A stretch of DNA of 16,582 nucleotides, from the NCBI GenBank assembly GCA_043753995.1, contig JAYUVP010000037.1, positions 1 through 16,582 on the forward strand, written 5' to 3'. Origin of the DNA: Fibrobacterota bacterium. GTDB lineage: Bacteria > Fibrobacterota > Fibrobacteria > UBA11236. Below, piece by piece: positions 6,473-16,000 of the stretch. Made by a program: the position numbers and the translations under genes. Positions within the stretch are counted from its first letter, which is position 1; every line of letters begins with the position of its first letter. A model generated the notes under the pieces. It saw only the letters and a program-made list of their open reading frames with translations. It was not told where the DNA came from and ran no database searches.

Positions 6473-7922
6473 TTTCTTGGTTACTCAATCCCCAAAGACC
6501 GGCGATGAGGGCCAAACCCAGGAAACCCGCGCCGACTAGCAGGGCCATGCGATAGCCCGAAATAACGGCTTCCAATTCCACTTTTTGGCCGATGGTTTTT
6601 TGATAAGTCGTCCACCCGGCGGCGACAGCCACGAGAACGCCTAAGCCTAAGGCTCCGCCCAATTGCCCGGTGGTATTGATGATACCAGAGACCAGGCCAT
6701 GATCTTCGGGCTTCGCTCCTGCTGTAGCGAGTAGCATCAAATTCACGAAGGCCGGCATAATCCCGAAAGACATGAGCACGGTGGCTGGCAATAAGTGATA
6801 CCAGTAAGCGTTCTGGCTTGAAATCATGGCCAACCAAAGCATGCTGATTAGCCCCACGGTCGTGCCTCCCACCAATACCGTTTTCGGACCCAGTCGATTG
6901 GCGAGACGACCTCCCCAGGGTCCGGCATAAATAGCCGCCAAGCCATGCGGCAAAAAAGCCAAGCCCGTCAAAAGGGGCGAGTAATGCAGGACTTGTTGGA
7001 AATACAAGGTGAGTATCAGATTCATGGCCACCATGGCCGCACTCAATAAGGTGCAGATCACATTCGAGGCTGCAATGCCTGGCAATAGAAAAATGCGCAA
7101 GGGCATCAAGGGCTGAGCAGTGCGGGATTCCACCACCAAAAAGGTCGCGAGCAAAACCACCGAGAGTGTGATCAACCCTCCGAGGGTCGGACTGGACCAA
7201 CCCAGTACCGGCCCTTCGGCCAAAGCGTAAACCAATACCATGAGACCCGAGGTCACCAGCACGCTACCCCCTATATCGAGCTTGGGCTTGGCCAGGACGA
7301 CTTCGGATTTAGGCAATAGTCGATACGATGCCATCAGAATGAAAATACCCAGAGGCACATTCACGAATAGGATGAAACGCCAGCCCAAGGTCGCCGTGAG
7401 CAATCCCCCAAGCACCACGCCGATAGAATAACCAGCGGCCGCTACGGTTCCCCAAATGCCGAAAGCGCGGTTGCGTGCGGGACCTTCCTCGAATACACCC
7501 ATGAGTAAGGCCAAGGCCGCAGGGGCTAAAAGCGCCGCTCCCAAACCTTGCAAACAACGCATGGAAACCAACATGGCGGGATTGATGGACAAGCCGCCCG
7601 CCAGCGAAGCCAGAGTGAAAATCAAATTTCCGAGCATGAAAATTCGCTTGCGTCCATAAAGGTCGGAAAGGCGCCCACCGAGAAGCATAAAGCCGCCGAA
7701 AACCAACCCATAACCCGTCACCAGCCATTGCACACCTTCAGGTGAAAAACCCAGGGCCTTTTGTATGGATGGAATGGCGACATTGACGATGGAAAAATCG
7801 AGCACGACCATACAATCGGCGAAGCAAAGCAAGGCCAGCATGAGACGCTGTATGGGAGTGAAAGGCTGATTCCCTGGGGAGACCGAAGCCGATGTAGAGG
7901 ACGAAGAGACAGGGGCGCTCAT
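6441..7922 (-). CDS. MFS drug:H+ antiporter, DHA2 (EmrB/QacA, 14-TMS) family
   Basis: MVVLDFSIVNVAIPSI, motif A GRLSDLYGRKR, RCLQGLGAA, GWRFILFVNVPLG and many hydrophobic helices. ATG 7922 is preferred over TTG 7940. Confidence 0.92.
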   Translation of the reverse strand: MSAPVSSSSTSASVSPGNQPFTPIQRLMLALLCFADCMVVLDFSIVNVAIPSIQKALGFSPEGVQWLVTGYGLVFGGFMLLGGRLSDLYGRKRIFMLGNLIFTLASLAGGLSINPAMLVSMRCLQGLGAALLAPAALALLMGVFEEGPARNRAFGIWGTVAAAGYSIGVVLGGLLTATLGWRFILFVNVPLGIFILMASYRLLPKSEVVLAKPKLDIGGSVLVTSGLMVLVYALAEGPVLGWSSPTLGGLITLSVVLLATFLVVESRTAQPLMPLRIFLLPGIAASNVICTLLSAAMVAMNLILTLYFQQVLHYSPLLTGLAFLPHGLAAIYAGPWGGRLANRLGPKTVLVGGTTVGLISMLWLAMISSQNAYWYHLLPATVLMSFGIMPAFVNLMLLATAGAKPEDHGLVSGIINTTGQLGGALGLGVLVAVAAGWTTYQKTIGQKVELEAVISGYRMALLVGAGFLGLALIAGLWGLSNQETKPEPHKSIH

Positions 7923-7989
7923 GCAAGGGTCCGAGTTCAAACAGGAAGTGAAAAACGAATTTAGGTACGTTTAGCCCGGATTCACCCTC

Positions 7990-8733
7990 ATGCTGACTGA
8001 TTTACGCCTGCAGAAATACCTCGAAGGCCGCCTCTCACGCCAAGAGACGCGCGACTTGGAAGCCTTGCTGGAAAAATCCCCGGAAATGCGCGAGCGCCTT
8101 GAAGCCTTGAAGGGCGAAGGCGACGGGGCGCATTTAGGACATATGCGGCGGCGGCACCATTTGCAGCACGATGCCAAGCGGGGCAGCCGCATTCGCACGG
8201 GTATTCTGCTTCCGGCCTTGGTGATTTTACTGCTCATTTTGGGCCTAGCTTCGCATTGGTTCGTGAAACCGGGCAGTAATTCGACCTTTGCCTTGCAGGG
8301 CGGCAATGGGCATGCCGTGGAATTGCTTTACGATTCGCCCCAGGGTTGGCGCTATTTCGACGCTGGCTTTAAACCCGGCGACAGCCTTACCTTTATGGTC
8401 CGTGAAACCGGGGACTGGCATATTTCCGTTATGGCCGTCGAGGCCTTCGGCAAGGAAACCCGACTGTTACCCCTTTGGCGCTCACGAGATTCCATCACCT
8501 ATGCTAGGGCCGGAAATAAGCCCGCTTTTCCCTCCTTACCCACCGAATATGCGGGCAAACAGGGGGAAGCGCTAGAAGGTCTAAGACACTATGTGGCCTT
8601 TTTTTCGCAAGATGACTTACCCGAATTTCGCGCTGATGAAGCCGCCGATATCTTACAAGGTGTTATGGCACAACGAGATGCCGCGACTTATCGCTTTCAG
8701 GTTTTCTCGGTGAAGTCACGGGAAATGCCTTGA
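7990..8733 (+). CDS. Membrane-anchored hypothetical protein with anti-sigma-factor-like architecture
   Basis: N-terminal helical LQKYLEGRLSRQETRDLEALLEKSPEMRERLEAL resembles an anti-sigma domain. It is followed by one TM helix (ILLPALVILLLILGLASHWF) and a beta-rich C-terminal domain. Confidence 0.65.
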   Translation: MLTDLRLQKYLEGRLSRQETRDLEALLEKSPEMRERLEALKGEGDGAHLGHMRRRHHLQHDAKRGSRIRTGILLPALVILLLILGLASHWFVKPGSNSTFALQGGNGHAVELLYDSPQGWRYFDAGFKPGDSLTFMVRETGDWHISVMAVEAFGKETRLLPLWRSRDSITYARAGNKPAFPSLPTEYAGKQGEALEGLRHYVAFFSQDDLPEFRADEAADILQGVMAQRDAATYRFQVFSVKSREMP

Positions 8734-8776
8734 GGCCTTGCCCTCCTTTTCATTCGCGATGTAAATTGCCCTTCCC

Positions 8777-8798
8777 TTACTGCATTTTTGAGCAGTAA
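8777..8798. repeat. Inverted repeat TTACTGC-N8-GCAGTAA upstream of parE
   Basis: Perfect 7-bp arms ending 14 nt before the parE ATG. Confidence 0.45.
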
Positions 8799-8812
8799 CC
8801 TATCGGATAATC

Positions 8813-10732
8813 ATGGCTAAGACGCAAACACGCCCCGCCCCCGAAGCCAATGTCGGCGGCACCTATGACGAGAGCAGCATTAAGTCTCTCGATTGGATCG
8901 AGCATATACGCCTGCGACCAGGCATGTATATCGGCAAGCTCGGCAATGGCAGCTCCCCTGACGATGGCATATACGTGCTCTTCAAGGAAATCGTCGACAA
9001 TTGCATCGACGAGTTCGTCATGGGAGCGGGCAAACAAGTCGACATCCAGCTCGGCAATGACGGATCCTTGTCGGCGCGCGATTTCGGTCGCGGCATACCT
9101 CTGGGCAAGGTGATCGAATGCGTTTCGAAAATCAATACCGGCGGCAAATACGACGGCGAGGCTTTTAAAAAGTCCGTGGGCCTCAATGGCGTGGGTAGCA
9201 AGGCCGTGAATGCTTTGTCCTCGCATTTCATCGTACAGAGCTTTCGCGAGGGTCGCACCAAACGCGCTGAATTCAAACGCGGAAAGCTGATTAACGAGGA
9301 AAAGGAAAAGGCCACCACCGAAGCGAATGGCACTTTAATCCAGTTTTTCCCGGACCCTGAATTATTCCCCAAATTCCATTGGGTGGGCGAATTCCTCGAA
9401 GAACGCCTGCGCTATTACTCCTATCTAAACAGTGGCCTCACCCTCAATTTCAACGGGCAAAAATATTTCAGCAAGACGGGCTTGCATGATTTGCTCACCC
9501 ATCACACCGACGACACCATTCGCTATCCCATCATTCATTTCAAAGAAGGCGATCTAGAAGCCTCTTTGACGCATGATAATGGATTTGGCGAGCGCTATTT
9601 CTCCTTCGTCAATGGCCAATACACCACCGAAGGCGGCACGCATTTAGCCGCTTTTCGCGAAGGCGTGATTCGCGCCTGTAAGGATTTTTACAAGAAAGAC
9701 TTCGAGGCCACCGACGTGCGCGGCTCCATCGTGGGCGCCGTTTCCATTCGCATGCATGAGCCGATTTTCGAGTCGCAGACCAAAACCAAGCTCGGCTCAA
9801 CGAATTACAATGCCAAGGGCGACTCGCTGCGCACCTGGATTGTCGAATTCACGCGTCGCAATCTCGAAACCTATTTGCACAAGAATCCCGACACGGCCAA
9901 GGCCCTGCTCGAGAAAATCACGCAGAACGAGCGCGAACGCAAGGACATGGCCGGCATACGCCGCCTTGCCAATGAACGCGCGAAAAAAGCCAACTTGCAT
10001 AATCGCAAGCTGCGAGACTGCAACGTTCATTTCAATTCGACGCATAAGCAGCGCGAGCGCAGCATGATTTTCATCACCGAGGGCGATTCGGCTTCGGGTT
10101 CGATCACCAAGGCTCGCGATGTCAGCTTTCAAGCCGTGTTTTCCCTAAAGGGCAAGCCGCTGAATTGCTTTGGCATGACCAAAAAAGTCGTCTACGAAAA
10201 CGAAGAGTTCAATCTTTTACAGCATGCCCTCAATATCGAGGAAAGCCTTGAAGATTTGCGCTATAACAAAATCGTGGTGGCGACCGATGCCGACGTCGAC
10301 GGTGCCCATATACGCCTTTTGCTGTTGACCTTTTTGCTCCAATTCTTTCCCGACCTCGTCGAAAAGGGGCATGTGCATATTTTGCAAACCCCTCTCTTCC
10401 GCGTGCGCAATAAAAAAGAGACGCGTTATTGCTATAGCGAAAACGAAAAACAAGAAGCCCTAGGCAAGCTCGGCAAGAACGCTGAAATCACCCGCTTCAA
10501 AGGCTTGGGTGAAATTTCTCCCGATGAATTCGCCGCCTTTATTGGTAAAGACATTCGTCTCGAACAGGTCATTTTGCAGCCTAATATGAAAATTGCCGAC
10601 ATCCTTGAGTATTACATGGGCAAAAACACTCCAGCCCGCCGTGATTTCATCATGGAAAACCTCAAAGTCGAGGAAGACGTGGTCGAAGAAAAGCCCGAAG
10701 ACTTCGTTAAGCCAATCGGAGAGGCAGTTTAA
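8813..10732 (+). CDS. parE: DNA topoisomerase IV subunit B
   Basis: [74 protein letters not shown] and RFKGLGE. The divergent motifs fit the Bacteroidota/Chlamydia-like ParE type rather than GyrB. Confidence 0.9.
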   Translation: MAKTQTRPAPEANVGGTYDESSIKSLDWIEHIRLRPGMYIGKLGNGSSPDDGIYVLFKEIVDNCIDEFVMGAGKQVDIQLGNDGSLSARDFGRGIPLGKVIECVSKINTGGKYDGEAFKKSVGLNGVGSKAVNALSSHFIVQSFREGRTKRAEFKRGKLINEEKEKATTEANGTLIQFFPDPELFPKFHWVGEFLEERLRYYSYLNSGLTLNFNGQKYFSKTGLHDLLTHHTDDTIRYPIIHFKEGDLEASLTHDNGFGERYFSFVNGQYTTEGGTHLAAFREGVIRACKDFYKKDFEATDVRGSIVGAVSIRMHEPIFESQTKTKLGSTNYNAKGDSLRTWIVEFTRRNLETYLHKNPDTAKALLEKITQNERERKDMAGIRRLANERAKKANLHNRKLRDCNVHFNSTHKQRERSMIFITEGDSASGSITKARDVSFQAVFSLKGKPLNCFGMTKKVVYENEEFNLLQHALNIEESLEDLRYNKIVVATDADVDGAHIRLLLLTFLLQFFPDLVEKGHVHILQTPLFRVRNKKETRYCYSENEKQEALGKLGKNAEITRFKGLGEISPDEFAAFIGKDIRLEQVILQPNMKIADILEYYMGKNTPARRDFIMENLKVEEDVVEEKPEDFVKPIGEAV

Positions 10733-10734
10733 TC

Positions 10735-12702
10735 ATGGCCTCCAATACGCTCAAAGACCACGTGCCCCATGTGCAGGACATGTACAAGGAATACTTCTTG
10801 GAGTATGCCTCGTATGTAATCACCGATCGCGCCGTGCCCCATTTGAAGGACGGACTCAAGCCCGTTCAGCGCCGCATTTTGCACAGTCTGCGTGAAATGG
10901 ATGACGGACGCTTTCACAAGGTGGCCAATGCCATCGGCCAAACCATGAAGTTTCATCCGCATGGCGACGCAGCCATCGGCGAAGCCTTGGTGAATTTGGG
11001 CCAAAAGAATTTGCTCATCGACACCCAGGGAAATTGGGGCGATCCGGTCACGGGTGACAGCGCCGCCGCTGCGCGTTATATCGAGGCCAAGCTCAGCAAA
11101 TTCGCGTTGGAGGTGGCTTTCAATCCAGCCACCACGCAATGGCAGCGTTCCTATGACGGCCGTAATTTGGAGCCCGTCACCTTGCCCATGAAATTCCCCT
11201 TGGTGTTGGCTCAAGGCGCCGAGGGCATTGCCGTGGGGCTTGCCACCAAAATCATTCCGCATAATTTTTGCGAATTGATCGCGGCTTGCATTGCGGTGCT
11301 GAAAAAAGAAGAGTTCAAGATTTTGCCCGACTTTCCGACCGGTGGTCTGATTGACGCTGGCGCTTACAATGACGGGCAAAGCGGCGGCAAGGTCAAGGTT
11401 CGCGCCAAAATCCTCGCGGTCGATCCCAAAATCCTTGCCATTACCGAAGTCCCCTTCGGCGTCACAACCGCATCATTAATCGAATCCATTGTTGCCGCCA
11501 ATGACAAGGGCAAAATCAAGGTCAAGAAAATCGAGGACAAGACCGCGGCCAAGGTGGACATTCTCGTGCATTTGCCGCCGGGCACCGACACCGAAAAGGC
11601 CATAGACGCCCTGTATGCCTTCACGGATTGCGAAGTGTCGATTTCACCCAATTGCTGCGTCATTTTCGAGAATAAGCCGATTTTCATCGGCGTTTCCGAA
11701 TTGCTCCGCCTATCGGTGCAAAGCACGGTTTCGCTGCTAAAGCTGGAATTGGAAATTCAGCTGCATGACTTACGTGAAAAGTGGAATTTCAAATCACTCG
11801 AACAGGTTTTCATCGAAGAGCGCATTTATCGCAAAATCGAAAATGCCGAAAGCTGGGAAGCCATCGTTTCCACGGTGGACAAGGGTCTGAAACCTTTCCG
11901 CGCCAAATTCCTGCGCGATGTCACCGAAGAAGACATCAAGCGCCTTGTCGAAATCCCGATTCGCCGCATTTCGCGCTTTGATTCCAATCGCGCCGAAGAA
12001 GAGCGCCGTGTGCTCGACGGATCCATCGCCGAAACCGAGAAAAATCTCAAGAATCTCACCAAATACTCCATCGCTTATTACGAGAATTTGCTCGCTAAAT
12101 ACGGCAAAGGACGGGAACGCAAAACCAAGCTCAAGCGCTTCAGCGCCATTGACGCCAGCGATGTCATCCTGAGTAATCTCAAGGTTTATGTCGATCGCGA
12201 GCAGGGCTTTATCGGCACCAAGGTCGGAGACGGCGATTTAGTCGGCGCCGATTTCAGCTCGCTGGATGAAATCCTTTGCGTCAAAGAAGACGGCACCCTA
12301 TGCATCACCAAGGTCGGCGAAAAAACCTTTGTCGGCCAAAAAGTCATGCATGCCGTTAAACTTGGCAAAGAGGATAGTGAACTCGTCTTCAATCTGCTTT
12401 ACCGCGACGGTCGCGGCGGGCCTTGCATGGTGAAGCGGTTTCAAATCGGTGGCTATACTCGCGATAAGCAATACGACCTCACGCGTGCCACGGCTATGAG
12501 CAAGATTTTGTATCTCGCCGCTCAGCCCAAGGGCATAGCCGATCGCGTGGTGGTGCATCTCTTGCCACAGCCCCGTATCAAAACCGAAATACCTCTGAAT
12601 TTCAATGATTTTGAAGTGAAGGGGCGCGGTGCCGCTGGGCTCATTTTGACCAAGCATGGGGTCAAAAAAATAGAGCGCGTGACTCGTTTGCCTTCGGCTT
12701 GA
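10735..12702 (+). CDS. parC: DNA topoisomerase IV subunit A
   Basis: DGLKPVQRRIL, FHPHGD, QGNWG, catalytic AAARYIEA, GIAVGLATKI and PDFPTGG. Short CTD with no visible GyrA-box. Coupled to parE. Confidence 0.9.
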   Translation: MASNTLKDHVPHVQDMYKEYFLEYASYVITDRAVPHLKDGLKPVQRRILHSLREMDDGRFHKVANAIGQTMKFHPHGDAAIGEALVNLGQKNLLIDTQGNWGDPVTGDSAAAARYIEAKLSKFALEVAFNPATTQWQRSYDGRNLEPVTLPMKFPLVLAQGAEGIAVGLATKIIPHNFCELIAACIAVLKKEEFKILPDFPTGGLIDAGAYNDGQSGGKVKVRAKILAVDPKILAITEVPFGVTTASLIESIVAANDKGKIKVKKIEDKTAAKVDILVHLPPGTDTEKAIDALYAFTDCEVSISPNCCVIFENKPIFIGVSELLRLSVQSTVSLLKLELEIQLHDLREKWNFKSLEQVFIEERIYRKIENAESWEAIVSTVDKGLKPFRAKFLRDVTEEDIKRLVEIPIRRISRFDSNRAEEERRVLDGSIAETEKNLKNLTKYSIAYYENLLAKYGKGRERKTKLKRFSAIDASDVILSNLKVYVDREQGFIGTKVGDGDLVGADFSSLDEILCVKEDGTLCITKVGEKTFVGQKVMHAVKLGKEDSELVFNLLYRDGRGGPCMVKRFQIGGYTRDKQYDLTRATAMSKILYLAAQPKGIADRVVVHLLPQPRIKTEIPLNFNDFEVKGRGAAGLILTKHGVKKIERVTRLPSA

Positions 12703-12723
12703 ATCAACTTGATATTGTGGACA

Positions 12724-12760
12724 TGGCCGCACCGCTCGGTGCCGGCCAGTTCGTATTTAA
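12724..12760 (+). terminator. Possible intrinsic terminator after parC
   Basis: GC-rich hairpin TGGCC-GCACC-gctc-GGTGC-c-GGCCA (12724-12748), followed by the weakly T-rich GTTCGTATTTAA. Confidence 0.5.
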
Positions 12761-12801
12761 TTCGCTTGCCATTTCGACACTTCCCGACCTTGTCAAACCC
12801 G

Positions 12802-12810
12802 TGTTACAAT
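12802..12810 (+). promoter_or_regulatory. Extended -10 promoter element (TGtTACAAT) for the PEPCK gene
   Basis: Near-consensus TGnTATAAT downstream of the parC hairpin. It implies a leader of about 185 nt. Confidence 0.5.
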
Positions 12811-13000
12811 AAGCACGACAAAAGAAGACAGTCCCACAACCTCCAGGGACAAATTCGCACATTAAAGGGTTTTGGCCATCCTATTAAAGGCCCGGGGAAA
12901 CGGTATGGACTTTGCGCACAAGGATTCTGTCAAACCACAAAACAAAGACGAGGTTGGGGATCCACCTCGAAATCTCGTGGATGGGCATGGAGGCAGAAAA

Positions 13001-16000
13001 ATGCAGGCCAAGGAGACTCTGGGTTTTATCGATAACAAATCCTCGGTGCCCGGACTTAAGGACGTGCTGCCCATTATTCAGCTCAAACTGATGGCGACGG
13101 GCTTGGCCCCCTACCCCGATCCGAATCAAAGCGAATTCATCGATCATAGCTCCGATCTCATTCGCAAAATCCAATCGAAATTCCGCGCTTCACCTGAGCC
13201 TTTATGCCCGGTAGATATGCGCATACAAAATTGGCTTGAACGCCATTTTTTCGATTGCGTCGTGCCCGGAAAATTGCAATTGCCGACTCGCACCTTGCAC
13301 ATGGATTTTCATGGCTTGGCACGCACCCTTTCTTTGCCCCCTGACAAAGACGAATTCGTTTCGCCTCTGCTTAGCAGTTATCGCGTGCTCAATGGCGTCC
13401 TGCATAATCCTGCTTCGGACAAGCGCACGACCAAGGGCACCTTTCACGTGGCTGAAGGCGGCTTGCCCATCCCCGGTGACAAGCTCGCTATACCCAAGAC
13501 CACCTATGCCCTCATGCTTTGGCATGCTTTCAATCCACCCGAGTATTTGCTGGAACTGCCCTTTACGTCCACCTTAAAAAAGCCCTCTTCAGTTTTCACG
13601 TCCTTGTATTTGCGGCCCATGGTTTCGCCCGAAGTGAATGGGCTGGCTCCGTACAAAGACATGGAAGTCCGCTTTTTCGCACCGGGTACCCTCATCAGCA
13701 ATCTCGATTTCGTTGAAAGCATTTTCGGCAATGCTGGCGATCCGTTTTTGCCCGAAAATGACGCCGCCCTCGACGTCGAGCATTTCAGTGGGGTCACGGG
13801 ATGCGTTATTCTTGCTCCTCAATTGGTCAAGCTCACCAAAAAAGAATTGGGGCTTCCCAAATGGCAAGACGCCACTCCTGCACAGCGCAAACAGGGAATG
13901 TGCTGGAAGGAGGCCGATGAGAAATACAATGGCGGCAATGCCTTCAAGGCCACCTTCCGCACCGATGAAGGCCTCATCATTACGCTACTAGCCGACAATT
14001 ATTACGGCTATTGCAAAAAAGAGGTGAAAACCCAACTCAGCTTTGCCGCTAATTTCATTGGCCGCAGCGAAGAAGAGCATAGTGGCGGCGCCTTGGTTTT
14101 CCCCAGCTATAATCTGGGTGATTTCACCTTGAAGAATGCGGCCTTCATTCAGCGCGATGGTTATAGCTTCAAACAAGTCAGTAAAATGTTCGCCGATATC
14201 ATGGTGATCAAACCCGATGGCTATGGTGTGGATCGCCAATTCCCACAAGTCATCTATTTGCCAGAAACGGCAGAAATATCCCTGCTCGACCAGAACATAC
14301 GCTGGGAGCATGCGGGAGAAGACGTGAACCTGCGACTTTTGCCCAATCACACCTATATCTTTCCCACCGGCTACAAGGTGCGCATGGAAAAGCATCCGGG
14401 TGCCAAAACTTGGCGATTGGTGGGAACCGTAGCCGAGGGTACGCTTTGCCATAAACCTAGCACGGTGTCAGGCGGTGGAAAAAGTGAAATCAGCAAGTCG
14501 GTGACCGATTCCATTCTTTATAAGAATGTCTATGTCAGTGACTTCAAGAAAGACTTCGATCTCGTCGAGAAAATCATCAATCACGATTTTTCTGAAAGAT
14601 TTCTAGAAAAATTCAAGAAGCGTACGACTTCAAGGCCCATTCTTTCACCGCAGCGCTCACTGGGTTCGGTGGTTCGACTCTTGACCCCATCCTATGAGTA
14701 TACGGACGAATATAATAGTTGGCTAAAGCGTATCCCCCATCACATTAAGTCCTTAGTTCACATCATCAAACGCAATTATCGCACCGAGTGGGGAGGGGAT
14801 TGGCGTAGTCATTTTTCCGTTGACGTCACCGATGGACGCCCGGGCAATGAGTTGAATTTCAAGCATCGCCGCATGGTGGGCAGTTATCTCAAAGTCGGTA
14901 CCGATGAAGAGGGGGCATGGCGCGTCTTTCGCCTGCGCACAGATTTCATTCCCGCCGACAAATTGCAAACGGAAGACGATATCACCGCCGCCATCGTTTT
15001 GCCCGATAGCCGCGAAACCGCCTATGAAACCGAGAAAATCGGGAAAGCGCCTGACGCCTTCAAATTCGTTGCCAATTGCGAATGGCGTTTATTCCAAAGG
15101 CCAGACGATGCCGTGCATCGCGGTTTTGACAAACAGGCCGAAGCGGATATCGCCAAGCGGACCAATTTCATTTCCAATTTCGAGCCTCTGAAATCCAGCG
15201 ATGCCAGCACCATGGTCGAGCATATCATTGAATTCGACAAATTCACTACGCCCATGCGCGAGCTAGTGGAAGAAGCCGCGTCAAAGGAACGCGGATATTT
15301 CGTGAGCTCGGCACATCCCCGCATCGTAAATGGCAAACCCAGCGCTAATGTTCGCTATTTGCAAGACCGTCCCGACGTTGTCAATCCCATGCAAACCTAT
15401 GTGGCCGAAGTTGGCTGGCGCCTGCGCCGCAAATTGCCGACGTCTGAACCCGTGCGCTTCCCCGTCGACGCCGTGCTCATGGGGCGCCGCAATAATCCCG
15501 CCGATCACAAGACTGGCATCAAGGCTTTGGCAGTTTACAATCCTTTGCATTTTCAAGAATTGCCGGAAGCTTTCATGGATTTCATCGCAAGCCTTTCCGG
15601 AAAATCGCCAAGCACTACGGGCGCAGGCTCGGAAGGCGCACTGACCAAGGGGCCATTCAATGCCATCTGGACCACGGCCGATTTAAACAATACCTTGGTG
15701 AGCTATATACTCACTGGTTTACAGGCCTTTTCCACGCCTGCCGGCCATATTGGCGTGCGTTATAAAGTCGACCACGACATCAGCCTTTTTATCCCGGAAT
15801 TATGGAGCCGACTCAATCCAGGTGAGCGCGATGCGCATACCTTGATCGAAAAAGGCTATCTCGAACCCGTCCAAGATTTTCAATTCGGCAAAAAGAAAAT
15901 CGAGGCCAGCCGTTTGGGCTATCGCATCAATACGCGCTTTTTGCATGCCTATGCCGGTCGTGTTTTTTCCGATCCCATTTCGGCTTTTCCCATCGACATG

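Noticed and set aside
6481..7200. 239-aa alternative-frame ORF inside the MFS gene
   Set aside because: Entirely nested, Arg/His-rich and without motifs. The MFS frame is intact, so no frameshift is needed to explain it.
8777..11379. Antisense ORFs opposite parE/parC (e.g. 8777-9226, 10729-11379)
   Set aside because: Typical codon-bias shadows of conserved genes.
8813..12702. Annotation as gyrB-gyrA
   Set aside because: Short A subunit with no visible GyrA-box, and divergent motifs (LKGKPLN, GLNGVG) fit the topo IV clade better.
12872..13000. PEPCK start at TTG 12872
   Set aside because: ATG 13001 has a GGAGG SD and gives a family-typical length. The upstream residues look non-conserved. 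ATG 12905 cannot be fully excluded.
12709..13035. 108-aa plus-strand ORF in the parC-PEPCK gap
   Set aside because: TTG start without an SD. It runs through a terminator-like hairpin and a promoter, overlaps PEPCK out of frame, and has no recognisable motif.
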